In this document: in pieces, positions 1-7,853 of the stretch
Layout: each line of letters begins with the position of its first letter
Numbering within the stretch: the stretch's first letter is position 1
NCBI GenBank assembly: GCA_016182085.1
Contig: JACOYB010000009.1
Location: 1,393 to 65,392, forward strand
Source of the DNA: Candidatus Magasanikiibacteriota bacterium
GTDB lineage: Bacteria > Patescibacteriota > Patescibacteriia > Magasanikbacterales > GWA2-37-8
Reading direction: 5' to 3'
Length of the DNA: 64,000 nucleotides
The notes under the pieces: generated by a model
Seen by the model: only the letters and a program-made list of their open reading frames with translations
The model's database searches: none
Told to the model about the DNA's origin: nothing
Translations under genes and position numbers: made by a program

Positions 1-2
1 GC

Positions 3-692
3 AGCACTGATAATTTTGATGAAGTAGTAAAGGAATGTCTGTTGCTTACCGATGGCGATTGTATTGGCGCAGGCAGTGTATTGTCTGTAATATCCCAGCC
101 AAACAGTGGTGCTCCCGTGGCCCGCAATAAAGGTTTTGCTATGTCCAAAGGTGAGTATGTAATTTTTTGGGATGCAGACACCTTGGCTCATCCGCAGATG
201 CTGCAAAAAATGTTTGCTTATTTACAAAAACATCCGGACGCAAGTTATGCCTATAGCCAATTTAAATTTGGCTGGAAAACCATAAAAAGCCGGCATTTTA
301 ATGCGGATAAATTAAAACAAGTAAATTATATAGACATCACCTCGCTTATCCGCCGTTCCACCCTCAATTGTCATCCTGAACAAAGTGAAGGATCTCTGTC
401 CAGTAACGCTGTCATTCCGACCGCAGTGGAGGAATCCCTTTCGCGCACGTCTTGTCCTTTCGACGTACACTTAAAACGTTTCCAAGATTGGGATCTGTGG
501 CTCACAATGTTAGAACAAGGTAAAACCGGAGTTTTTATCCCCGAAGTCCTCTATGAAAAAGTTGTAGGCAGCAGAGAAGGTATAAGCACATGGTTGCCAA
601 GCTTCATGTATCAATTGCCATGGAAGACCAAGCAGGTTAAAAAATACGAAGAAGCCAAACAAATTATTATAAAAAAACACCATCTGTCCTAA
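3..692 (+). CDS. Glycosyltransferase family 2, 5'-truncated by the window edge; carries an in-frame palindromic insertion
   Basis: Frame is open from position 3 (STDNFDE..., the end of a DGSTD motif). GT2 motifs: NSGAPVARNKG, YVIFWDAD, RFQDWDLWL. Extra segment CHPEQSEGSLSSNAVIPTAVEES is encoded by repeats at 369-438. Confidence 0.85.
   Translation, partial: STDNFDEVVKECLLLTDGDCIGAGSVLSVISQPNSGAPVARNKGFAMSKGEYVIFWDADTLAHPQMLQKMFAYLQKHPDASYAYSQFKFGWKTIKSRHFNADKLKQVNYIDITSLIRRSTLNCHPEQSEGSLSSNAVIPTAVEESLSRTSCPFDVHLKRFQDWDLWLTMLEQGKTGVFIPEVLYEKVVGSREGISTWLPSFMYQLPWKTKQVKKYEEAKQIIIKKHHLS
369..438 (+). repeat. Two tandem family-A (TGTCAT-headed) palindromic arms inside the GT2 CDS
   Basis: TGTCATCCTGAACAAAGTGAAGGATCTCTGTC (369-400) closely matches the arms at 7854 and 8189. 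TGTCATTCCGACCGCAGTGGAGGAATCCC (410-438) matches 1418-1446. Confidence 0.9.
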
Positions 693-693
693 C

Positions 694-730
694 TGTCATC
701 CCGAGCGAGTCCGTAGCCGACGAGGGATCT
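694..730 (+). repeat. Family-A single arm just after the GT2 stop
   Basis: TGTCATCCCGAGCGAGTCCGTAGCCGACGAGGGATCT: same head and ATCCC...GGGAT stem. Confidence 0.8.
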
Positions 731-756
731 ATACCTATTAAAGAAAAATTTAACCT

Positions 757-909
757 ATGGTCATAGATATAGAATTAACTTTAAATAGATTTGGTTTTGG
801 CAAAATCGCCGAAAACAAATTTCAGTTATTTTGCTTTCGTTTTTCTAAATGGAAAATTCCTGGTAAATATTCTATTTCGTTTGAAATAAACTGGAAGAAA
901 AAAATTTAA
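757..909 (+). CDS. Possible 50-aa hypothetical protein
   Basis: Read manually: MVIDIELTLNRFGFGK...WKKKI*. Ends just upstream of the MazG-like start. No recognisable family. Confidence 0.3.
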   Translation: MVIDIELTLNRFGFGKIAENKFQLFCFRFSKWKIPGKYSISFEINWKKKI

Positions 910-918
910 TAATTTATT

Positions 919-1263
919 ATGAACCTAGAAGAAATCCAGAAAAAAATAATTGCCTTTCGCGATGCGCGTGATTGGAAGCAGTTTCATACGCCAAAAGACA
1001 TGGCCATTTCTTTGGCGTTAGAAGCGGCCGAAGTATTAGAACATTTTTAATGGAAAAACGAAGCAGAAATTGCCGAGTATTTAAAAACTAACAAAGAAGG
1101 TATCGCCGATGAACTGGCCGATGTTCTGTGGTGGGTGTTGCTTATGTCCCATGATTTGGGTATTGATATTTTAGAAGCATCGGAAAAGAAGATAGAAAAA
1201 ACTGCGTTAAAGTATCCGGTGGAGAAATCCAAAGGTAAACATACAAAATATACGGAGTTATAA
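919..1263 (+). pseudogene. MazG-like nucleotide pyrophosphohydrolase (dCTPase type) with internal TAA at 1048-1050
   Basis: Translation MNLEEIQKKIIAFRDARDWKQFHTPKDMAISLALEAAEVLEHF*WKN...IADELADV...KYPVEKSKGKHTKYTEL. RDW.QFH.PK, E..E and EL.DV motifs are intact. The family usually has FQW where the stop lies. Confidence 0.85.
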
Positions 1264-1265
1264 AC

Positions 1266-1446
1266 TGTCATCCGCTCGTTAACTGTCATCCTGATCTAGA
1301 GTTCTGGGGAGAAGGATCTCTGTCCGTTAATTCCCCGCTTGTCCCGATTCTCGAGAATCGAGGATCCTCGACCGCGGTCGGGAGGCGTCTGGGTAGGGGT
1401 GGGTTGGTCTGTTTAGTTGTCATCCCGACCGCAGTGGAGGGATCCC
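1266..1446. repeat. Cluster of palindromic elements (family-A arms at 1266 partial, 1284-1325 and 1418-1446; family-C element at 1341-1382)
   Basis: Three TGTCATCC heads, plus GTCCCGATTCTCGAGAATCGAGGATCCTCGACCGCGGTCGGG, a nested multi-palindrome. Confidence 0.85.
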
Positions 1447-1464
1447 TTAACCTATTAAAATGAT

Positions 1465-1662
1465 ATGATAGTAAAAAGAAAAAAAGGATATTATGTCCTA
1501 TCCGTCCCGACTTTGCCTTTGGCGGCAAAGTCGCGGATCCGCGATTTTGCTCGAGGCAAAATCGGGAAAAAAACCCGCAAAAACCTAAGCGGGCCATACA
1601 AAACCCGCGCCGAGGCGATTAAACGGCTAGGGCAGGTTGAGTTTTTTAAGCATAGGAAATAG
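1465..1662 (+). CDS. Small basic hypothetical protein, paralogue of 2914-3048 with a 21-aa insertion
   Basis: Aligns to the 44-aa ORF at 2914 (38/44 identical) apart from the insert VPTLPLAAKSRIRDFARGKIG. Confidence 0.75.
   Translation: MIVKRKKGYYVLSVPTLPLAAKSRIRDFARGKIGKKTRKNLSGPYKTRAEAIKRLGQVEFFKHRK
1504..1566. mobile_element. 63-bp family-C palindromic insertion (GTCCCGA...GGATCC...TCGGG)
   Basis: Absent from the paralogue at 2914. Outer CCCGA/TCGGG stem, two inner hairpins and a central CGGATCCG, the same plan as 1341-1382. Confidence 0.9.
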
Positions 1663-1718
1663 TTTTACAAGTATAAGCGAGTAAAATATAGATAATAATT
1701 TTGAAATACAAATATTGT

Positions 1719-2243
1719 ATGATTTTAGGAGAAAAAAATTACGCGTACATAGATGGAGCTAATTTACATAAAGGCGTAAAAAATAGTGGTTGGAATTTAG
1801 ATTATAAAAAATTTAGAGTTTGGTTAAAGGAAAAATATGGTGCGCGACAGGCGTACCTATTTATTGGTTTTGTTCCAAAAAACAAAGATTTGTATACATA
1901 TCTTCAAGAGTGTGGTTTCATTTTGGTTTACAAAGATATTACTTATGGTGGCGATGGTTGTATAAAAGGCAATTGTGATGCGGATCTTGTGCTGCATGCC
2001 ATAAGAGATGCGTATGAAAATAATTTTGAAAAAGCAATTTTGGTTTCAAGTGATGGAGATTATGCGGGCTTAGTTAAATTTCTTCAGGAGAAGAAGAAAT
2101 TTGCGGCAATTCTTTCGCCTTCTTTGCCGGAAAAATGCTCTATTCTGCTTAAGAGAACAAGCGCGCCTATTGCGTATCTGATTGATAAAAAAAGTATTTT
2201 AGCCATAAAAGAAAAAACCCCCGATGCGGACGGAACCGCATAG
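1719..2243 (+). CDS. NYN (LabA/DUF88, PIN-like) domain ribonuclease
   Basis: Motifs YIDGANL, KGNCDADL, LVSSDGDY. ATG at 1719 preferred over the TTG at 1701. Confidence 0.85.
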   Translation: MILGEKNYAYIDGANLHKGVKNSGWNLDYKKFRVWLKEKYGARQAYLFIGFVPKNKDLYTYLQECGFILVYKDITYGGDGCIKGNCDADLVLHAIRDAYENNFEKAILVSSDGDYAGLVKFLQEKKKFAAILSPSLPEKCSILLKRTSAPIAYLIDKKSILAIKEKTPDADGTA

Positions 2244-2263
2244 GGGTCTTTTTCGTAGTAATT
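2211..2263 (-). ncRNA. Putative ~55-nt antisense hairpin RNA
   Basis: Lies between the promoter at 2270-2298 and a hairpin ACCCCTATGCGG-TTCCGT-CCGCATCGGGGG followed by TTTTTT. Transcription is inferred, not observed. Confidence 0.4.
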
Positions 2264-2269
2264 ACCTAT

Positions 2270-2298
2270 AATATATCAGAATTCTTGACAAATGTCAA
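2270..2298 (-). promoter_or_regulatory. Sigma70-type promoter firing antisense into the NYN 3' end
   Basis: Minus strand reads TTGACA-N17-TATATT with an extended TG. Confidence 0.6.
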
Positions 2299-2401
2299 TA
2301 GTTATCCCCAGGTATTTTTAACTATTATATTAGTAATAAATTGCTTGTAAAAGGGGTGGGGAGAGGGTAAAATGAATAGTGTTTTTTAAGAAAAAATATT
2401 T

Positions 2402-2803
2402 ATGAAATTAACAAATAAACAGCGGGAAGAATTGTGGGGCGAAATCGGGCCATATTCACAATTAAATTTAAAAATCGAAACAAGGATATTGGACGATTCG
2501 GTTAGTCGTGTTTTTGTAATTGTGGAATCAGAAATCAATCCGTTTACGTTTGAGTTTGTCAAGAAAAATAGAGACAAGTTTACAGGAGATAAAATTATTT
2601 TAAAGTCGCTTTTGGATAACGGTATTTATGAAGGAGAGACATATGGGTATGTATCGTGTATATATTTGAAAGAGTTAATCGCGGAAAAAGATAATTTAAC
2701 AGGAAATGACGAAGCGTTTGAGATTGCCAATAAAATTTTGGAAGCGGTTCAGGAAACGATTATAAAAATGCACGAGTTCGTCATGAGAGAAATTAAAAAA
2801 TAA
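2402..2803 (+). CDS. Hypothetical protein
   Basis: 133-aa ORF, no recognised motif. Confidence 0.6.
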   Translation: MKLTNKQREELWGEIGPYSQLNLKIETRILDDSVSRVFVIVESEINPFTFEFVKKNRDKFTGDKIILKSLLDNGIYEGETYGYVSCIYLKELIAEKDNLTGNDEAFEIANKILEAVQETIIKMHEFVMREIKK

Positions 2804-2913
2804 TTTAATCAAGATGGCAATCATTTTAAGTATGATGGATTTGAAATGGGGCAGTATGATAATGGCGAAGTGACGGTTTTTGATGGGATTCGGAAGTAAT
2901 TAATTATAAACGT

Positions 2914-3048
2914 ATGATAGTCAAACGCAAACAAGGATATTATGTCCTGTCCAAAAAAACCCGCAAAAATCTAGGCGGGCCATACAAAACCCGCGCCGAG
3001 GCGGTCGCACGCTTGCGGCAGGTTGAGTTTTTTAAGCATGCGAAATAA
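2914..3048 (+). CDS. 44-aa basic hypothetical protein (uninterrupted paralogue; not in the ORF track)
   Basis: MIVKRKQGYYVLSKKTRKNLGGPYKTRAEAVARLRQVEFFKHAK*. Many differences from the 1465 copy are synonymous. Confidence 0.75.
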   Translation: MIVKRKQGYYVLSKKTRKNLGGPYKTRAEAVARLRQVEFFKHAK

Positions 3049-3053
3049 ACTTT

Positions 3054-3824
3054 ATGAATTTATCTTTTGAAACAAAATTAGCCGATAAATATACAAGTTC
3101 CTCTCAAAAAATAAGAGTTTTGACAGAGGATTGGGTGGATAGACAAGTTTATTGTCCAAATTGTGGATATTTGGATATTGATAAATATAAAAACAATAAG
3201 CCGGTGGCTGATTTCTTTTGCTCGAATTGCAGAGAAGATTATGAATTAAAAAGTAAAAAAGATTCTGTCGGGACAAAAATAGTTGATGGTGCTTACAAAA
3301 CAATGATTGAAAGATTACAAAGTACAAATAATCCCAATTTTTTCCTACTCAACTATGATTTACGAGATTTTTCCGTTTTGAATTTTTTCGTTATTCCAAA
3401 ACATTTTTTTGTTCCAGATATTATTGAAAAGCGTAAGGCATTATCGCAAACAGCAAGACGGGCCGGTTGGATTGGTTGTAATATCTTACTGAAAAGTATA
3501 CCTGAAAGTGGGAAAATATTTTATATTAAAAATGGAAAAACTGAAGAGAAGGATAGGGTGCTTAAAAGTTGGCAAAAAACCTTATTTTTAAGAGAAGAAA
3601 AAGAAATTGCGACAAAAGGCTGGTTGCTTGATATAATGCGATGTGTTGAGAGTCTTGGGAAGAAAGAATTTGTGCTTGACGATATCTATACTTTTGAAAA
3701 AGAATTAAGTAAACTACATCCCGAAAACAAACATATTAAAGATAAAATGCGTCAGCAATTACAAATATTGCGAGATAAAGGGTATTTGGAGTTTGTGGGC
3801 AGGGGAGTTTATAGGACAAAGTAG
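3054..3824 (+). CDS. DpnI / Dam-replacing-protein family modification-dependent restriction endonuclease
   Basis: SQKIRVLTE.W...YCPNCG, NNKPVADFFC..C...YELKSK, IVDGAY, ARRAGWIGC, and C-terminal winged helix HPENKHIKDKMRQQLQILRD.G. Confidence 0.9.
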   Translation: MNLSFETKLADKYTSSSQKIRVLTEDWVDRQVYCPNCGYLDIDKYKNNKPVADFFCSNCREDYELKSKKDSVGTKIVDGAYKTMIERLQSTNNPNFFLLNYDLRDFSVLNFFVIPKHFFVPDIIEKRKALSQTARRAGWIGCNILLKSIPESGKIFYIKNGKTEEKDRVLKSWQKTLFLREEKEIATKGWLLDIMRCVESLGKKEFVLDDIYTFEKELSKLHPENKHIKDKMRQQLQILRDKGYLEFVGRGVYRTK

Positions 3825-3825
3825 T

Positions 3826-4017
3826 ATGACCATTAATCTTTCAGCAAAATTAGCAAAGGTTATACTGTGTTTAAATCCATTCGCGAGATTAAAAGTGATG
3901 TGCAGAGGGTATAGCGAAGATTTGGATAATTTTACTGAGCTTGTCTGGGATGATGATAAGTATTTGGATTTTTACGACAAAGAAACATACCCACAACTTC
4001 AGTTGGGGTTAATATAG
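3826..4017 (+). CDS. Hypothetical protein (63 aa)
   Basis: ATG 1 nt after the DpnI stop. Tightly packed with its neighbours. Confidence 0.45.
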   Translation: MTINLSAKLAKVILCLNPFARLKVMCRGYSEDLDNFTELVWDDDKYLDFYDKETYPQLQLGLI

Positions 4018-4021
4018 GAAT

Positions 4022-4180
4022 ATGAAGTTAAAAAACTTTATCGAATATTTAAAAATAATCCAAAAAATACATGGCGATAACGCAGAAGTTGTTATGGCTG
4101 ATTTTATTCCTGTCGTTGAGCCAGTTTTATTAAATTCCCATACAGGGAAACCATGTGTTGTGGTAACTGATGAAAAGTAA
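4022..4180 (+). CDS. Hypothetical protein (52 aa)
   Basis: Read manually: MKLKNFIEYLKIIQKIHGDNAEVVMAD...VVVTDEK*. Operon-like spacing. Confidence 0.45.
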   Translation: MKLKNFIEYLKIIQKIHGDNAEVVMADFIPVVEPVLLNSHTGKPCVVVTDEK

Positions 4181-4188
4181 GATAGGGT

Positions 4189-4362
4189 ATGAAGTATAAG
4201 AAAATTCAATTAGAATACGACAAAATATATTCTTATTTCAAAAGAACCTGCGAGCAGTTTGATTTGTTAGAATGGAACGGAAAAAGATTGGATGTCTGGA
4301 GTAATGATAAGATTATCGAAACTTATAAGTATAAAGATTTAAAAGTTATTAATATTTTTTAA
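4189..4362 (+). CDS. Hypothetical protein (57 aa)
   Basis: Read manually: MKYKKIQLEYDKIYSYFKRTCEQFDLLEWNGK.... Operon-like spacing. Confidence 0.45.
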   Translation: MKYKKIQLEYDKIYSYFKRTCEQFDLLEWNGKRLDVWSNDKIIETYKYKDLKVINIF

Positions 4363-4381
4363 ATTTTGTTCTGAAATAATT

Positions 4382-5164
4382 ATGTCCACAGCAAAAGAAA
4401 TAAAATGGTTGCTAAGCACAGGTATATTATTTGCGATTTTATTTTTTAGCGGATATTTATATCTAACAATATATTTTATTGATCTAGCTGTTCCAATAAG
4501 TGATTTATCAATAGCGGAGGTGGCTCTCATGGGCTTTATTCCTTCCATGCTTTCAATTCTAACAGCGCTTATTACATTCTTATTTTTTATCCTTATTTCT
4601 GCCATAATTTTCCGCATTTTTAAAACAAAAGTAAAGGCAAAAATTAAAGAAAGATTCAAAAAAAATTATTTCAATTTTCTAATAATTGGAATTTGTCTTT
4701 TACCCTTTACAATTTATTTTTGGGCATCTTTTAATAATACACGTGGTTATCCATATAATTATATCCCAATATCAAAAAGGACAAGTCGACCAATTGTTTC
4801 AGTTTCTTATAAATCATCTTTAGTAAGTAATTACGCGCCACTAGTCGTGACAAACCAGATTGACAAGGGTACTAGCACAAAAAGCAATAGTCAGGAGGAG
4901 GTTAAAAATTATGATGCAGTATTTTTTAAGGACATTTTTATATTATACTTTGAAAGTAAAGACAGCTATTTTTTTAAAGCTAGAAAAGACTTGTTCTATA
5001 CTAGAACATCTATAACCTTTACTGAAAGTGGGAATACGACAATAATTCCAGTTGGCTTTTATAATGATATTAATAGTGGCTTTATTGTAATTCCCAAGAG
5101 TAATATTCTAGCATTAATTTATTTAGAAAACGATTTGGAAAAAGATTTTGATTTTAAAAAATAA
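4382..5164 (+). CDS. Hypothetical membrane protein (very AT-rich)
   Basis: About 3 N-terminal hydrophobic segments followed by a soluble domain. Confidence 0.6.
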   Translation: MSTAKEIKWLLSTGILFAILFFSGYLYLTIYFIDLAVPISDLSIAEVALMGFIPSMLSILTALITFLFFILISAIIFRIFKTKVKAKIKERFKKNYFNFLIIGICLLPFTIYFWASFNNTRGYPYNYIPISKRTSRPIVSVSYKSSLVSNYAPLVVTNQIDKGTSTKSNSQEEVKNYDAVFFKDIFILYFESKDSYFFKARKDLFYTRTSITFTESGNTTIIPVGFYNDINSGFIVIPKSNILALIYLENDLEKDFDFKK

Positions 5165-5178
5165 CATGTCAAATACTA

Positions 5179-5217
5179 CCCCAGTAGCAGGTTGCGCGGC
5201 AATCGCTACGGGGCGAG
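5179..5217 (+). repeat. Family-B hairpin element (intergenic)
   Basis: CCCCAGTAGC...GCTACGGGG stem followed by a CGAG tail. Confidence 0.7.
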
Positions 5218-5233
5218 CACCCCCACAAATTAT

Positions 5234-6004
5234 ATGTCTGAGTATTATACAGCTCAACGCACTAAAAATATCTACGACCCCCTAAAGCACGGCAAGCCGG
5301 CTTCAGGGCAAGCCTTCAAACTCTCTCGCTCAAAGATAGATCTTTTTTTAAACTGTCCTCGCTGTTTTTATTTTGACCGCCGCCTCGGTGTCGGTCGGCC
5401 GCCGGGATTTCCTTTTGCCCTCAATTCGGCTGTGGATCATCTTTTGAAGTTGGAATTTGATATACATCGCGTAGCTGGCACCAAGCATCCTTTGATAGAA
5501 AAATATGGTGTAGATGCTATGCCTGTGGCTCACAAAGACTTGGAACAATGGCGACATAACTTTACCGGTATTCAATATCTGCACGAATCCACCAATTTAT
5601 TGGTATTTGGCGCGATAGACGACCTTTGGCAGAACTCCAAAGGCGAGTATATTGTGGTGGATTACAAAGCTACCTCCAAAGACGAAGCCATTATCGAGCT
5701 CAACAAAGAATGGCAGATTGGGTACAAACGGCAAATGGAAGTTTATCAGTGGCTGCTACGCCAGAACGGCTACAAAGTATCCGACACTGGTTATTTTGTC
5801 TATTGCAACGGCCAGACAGACCGCAAAGCTTTTGATGGCAAGTTAGAATTTGATGTTACTTTAATTTCGTACAAGGGCAATGATTCTTGGGTGGAGAAGG
5901 CGATAAAAGACGCGCACAAATGTTTGAACAGTGATAAGATACCTAAATCAGGTTCGGAGTGCGATTATTGCAGTTATGTAGCGGCGATAAATAGTAAAGA
6001 GTAA
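5234..6004 (+). CDS. PD-(D/E)XK nuclease family protein with Cys cluster
   Basis: LSRSKIDLFLNCPRCF, GAIDD, VVDYK, QMEVY, C-terminal CDYC. ATG 5234 preferred because the upstream extension is a repeat. Confidence 0.85.
   Translation: MSEYYTAQRTKNIYDPLKHGKPASGQAFKLSRSKIDLFLNCPRCFYFDRRLGVGRPPGFPFALNSAVDHLLKLEFDIHRVAGTKHPLIEKYGVDAMPVAHKDLEQWRHNFTGIQYLHESTNLLVFGAIDDLWQNSKGEYIVVDYKATSKDEAIIELNKEWQIGYKRQMEVYQWLLRQNGYKVSDTGYFVYCNGQTDRKAFDGKLEFDVTLISYKGNDSWVEKAIKDAHKCLNSDKIPKSGSECDYCSYVAAINSKE
5280..5312 (+). repeat. Family-B hairpin element in frame in the nuclease N-terminus (LKHGKPASGQA)
   Basis: CCCTAAAGCACGGCAAGCCGGCTTCAGGG stem plus CAAG tail. Confidence 0.65.
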
Positions 6005-6006
6005 GT

Positions 6007-6633
6007 ATGTTCGGTCTCACCAAATCAGAACTAAAAATCCTAAAAAAACTTTCTACCCCCATAAAAATTCAGGATTTTTTGGATACTATGCCGGTGAATT
6101 GGGAAAAGAAAGGGGAGACCTATATGTCTCCGCGCCGAAGTTTAAAGGCGAAAAAGATGCATTGTTTTGAGGGCGCGCTTTTTGCCGCTTTAGTTTTGTG
6201 GGTTCATGACGAACCGCCGCTGGTAATGGATTTCCAAAACAAAGGCGACGATGATCATGTGATTGCGGTATATAAACGCAATGGATATTGGGGCGCGATA
6301 AGCAAAACCAATCATTCTACTTTGCGCTATCGTGATCCGGTATATAAAACTACTCGCGAATTGGCCATGTCTTACTTTCATGAATATTGGAACAATAAAA
6401 GCGGCAAAAAAACTTTGGTTGCATTTTCCACTGAGCCGTTTGACTTACGAAAATATGGTAAAAAATGGATAACGGCCGAAGAAGAACTATTTAGCATGGT
6501 AGATGATATAGACAATGCGCCGCATACGCAAATTTACCCAAAAAAGAACCTTAAGTTTATTCGTCGGGCTGACAAAATGGAGAGGCGAGCGGGTAAGCTT
6601 ATTGAATGGAAAAAAACTCATCCTAGAACATAG
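6007..6633 (+). CDS. Conserved hypothetical protein, possible transglutaminase/papain-like fold
   Basis: HCFEGALFAA and DDDHVIAVY suggest a Cys-His catalytic pair. Confidence 0.55.
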   Translation: MFGLTKSELKILKKLSTPIKIQDFLDTMPVNWEKKGETYMSPRRSLKAKKMHCFEGALFAALVLWVHDEPPLVMDFQNKGDDDHVIAVYKRNGYWGAISKTNHSTLRYRDPVYKTTRELAMSYFHEYWNNKSGKKTLVAFSTEPFDLRKYGKKWITAEEELFSMVDDIDNAPHTQIYPKKNLKFIRRADKMERRAGKLIEWKKTHPRT

Positions 6634-6687
6634 GATAGATTAGTTGTATAATTAATAAAGAGCGTTTTATTAATCTAATTTGTTTAT

Positions 6688-6978
6688 ATGGATACCAAGC
6701 ATCTAAAAGACAAGCTGGCTTCCGGGGAAGATGTAATGATAATTGATGTTCGAGAGCATGATGAATACGAAAAAGGCGAAAAAATGGACGAAGCTACCAA
6801 TATACCGATGGGTCAGATGTTTATTGAAGCTTCGCAAGGAAAATTGCCAAAAGATAAAAAAATTATCACAGTTTGCAAAAGTGGAACTAGATGCGAAATT
6901 GTGGCGCGTGAATTGAAAGCTAAGGGCTATGATATTGAACACTTAGAAGGCGGAATGGATGCTTGGAAAGCAGCTTAG
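6688..6978 (+). CDS. Rhodanese-like domain protein
   Basis: IIDVRE..EY, active-site VCKSGTR, LEGGMDAW. Confidence 0.9.
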   Translation: MDTKHLKDKLASGEDVMIIDVREHDEYEKGEKMDEATNIPMGQMFIEASQGKLPKDKKIITVCKSGTRCEIVARELKAKGYDIEHLEGGMDAWKAA

Positions 6979-6981
6979 TGT

Positions 6982-7449
6982 ATGGCTCTTAAAACAAACC
7001 ATGTTGTCATACCGTTGATTACAATTGCTACGATCAGTCTCGGTAGTCTGGTTACTTCTTTGGGTATGAATTGGTATAGCACAATTAAACTTCCGGCGTT
7101 TACGCCCCCCGGCAGCTTTATTGGCGCAGTTTGGACAGTTTTATTTATTTTGGCTACACTTTCCGCTCTTATAGTTTGGAATAAAGCTTGGAGAAAAAGA
7201 AAAAATATAATTGGCATTGCTTTTGTTTTAAACATTTTGCTTAATGTTGGTTGGAGTGTTTTATTCTTCGGGCTGCATTTAATTGGTCCGGCAATTTATG
7301 AATCGGCTTTGCTGGGCGTGTCGGTTTTAGTGTTAATAATTCTAATTTGGCCTGTTTCTAAATTAGCTGTTTGGCTTTTGGTGCCTTACATGGTTTGGGT
7401 CTCTTTCGCTACATTTTTAACTTATACCATTTGGTCTCTTAATAAGTAA
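6982..7449 (+). CDS. tspO: TspO/MBR family tryptophan-rich sensory protein
   Basis: WY..IKLP.FTPP, LNVGWSVLFFG, LLVPY..WVSFAT.L. Confidence 0.9.
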   Translation: MALKTNHVVIPLITIATISLGSLVTSLGMNWYSTIKLPAFTPPGSFIGAVWTVLFILATLSALIVWNKAWRKRKNIIGIAFVLNILLNVGWSVLFFGLHLIGPAIYESALLGVSVLVLIILIWPVSKLAVWLLVPYMVWVSFATFLTYTIWSLNK

Positions 7450-7451
7450 CT

Positions 7452-7844
7452 ATGCAAATTCCCGAGAGTGAATTAATAATCACGTTTGCTAGATCATCCG
7501 GAGCGGGCGGGCAAAATGTAAACAAAACTTCCACCAAGGCTATTATTCATTGGCCGGTAGGGAAGTCTTTTGTGTTATCTGAAGAACAAAAACAAAGAAT
7601 AAGAATTGTGCTGGCTAATAGAATAAATAGTGAAGATGAAATGGTGGTAATGTCGGAAGAGGAACGTTCTCAACCACAGAATCGAGAATTGGCAATTGCT
7701 AGGCTGCAATCATTGGTAGATGATGCTTTACACGTGCCAAAAGTACGTCGAGCCACTAAGCCAACCAGATCTTCCAAAATAAAACGCCTTGAATCAAAAA
7801 AGATACGTTCTCAGATAAAAGAGGGGCGACGAAATGTTGAATAA
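7452..7844 (+). CDS. arfB: Alternative ribosome rescue peptidyl-tRNA hydrolase ArfB
   Basis: RSSGAGGQNVNK, ERSQ.QN, basic tail R.ATKPT..SK.KRL..KK.RS..K. Confidence 0.92.
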   Translation: MQIPESELIITFARSSGAGGQNVNKTSTKAIIHWPVGKSFVLSEEQKQRIRIVLANRINSEDEMVVMSEEERSQPQNRELAIARLQSLVDDALHVPKVRRATKPTRSSKIKRLESKKIRSQIKEGRRNVE

Positions 7845-7853
7845 TTACCCAAT

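Noticed and set aside
1048-1050. Stop-codon reassignment
   Set aside because: TAA, TAG and TGA all terminate well-defined genes in this window, and this is the only internal stop seen.
369-1446. Clustered ~30-bp repeats as a CRISPR array
   Set aside because: Spacing is irregular, copies diverge and occur in both orientations across the window, and no cas genes are present.
1286-1597. Minus-strand 103-aa ORF, and similar ORFs at 55060-55338 and 56722-56991
   Set aside because: They are translations of the palindromic repeats or antisense shadows of real genes.
3054-3824. Functional link between DpnI (GATC) and the GATC cores in many repeats
   Set aside because: Many arms have GAATC instead of GGATC, and nothing beyond co-occurrence supports a link.
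5234-6004. Cas4 call
   Set aside because: It has the PD-(D/E)XK and Cys motifs but no CRISPR context, so it is treated as a stand-alone nuclease.
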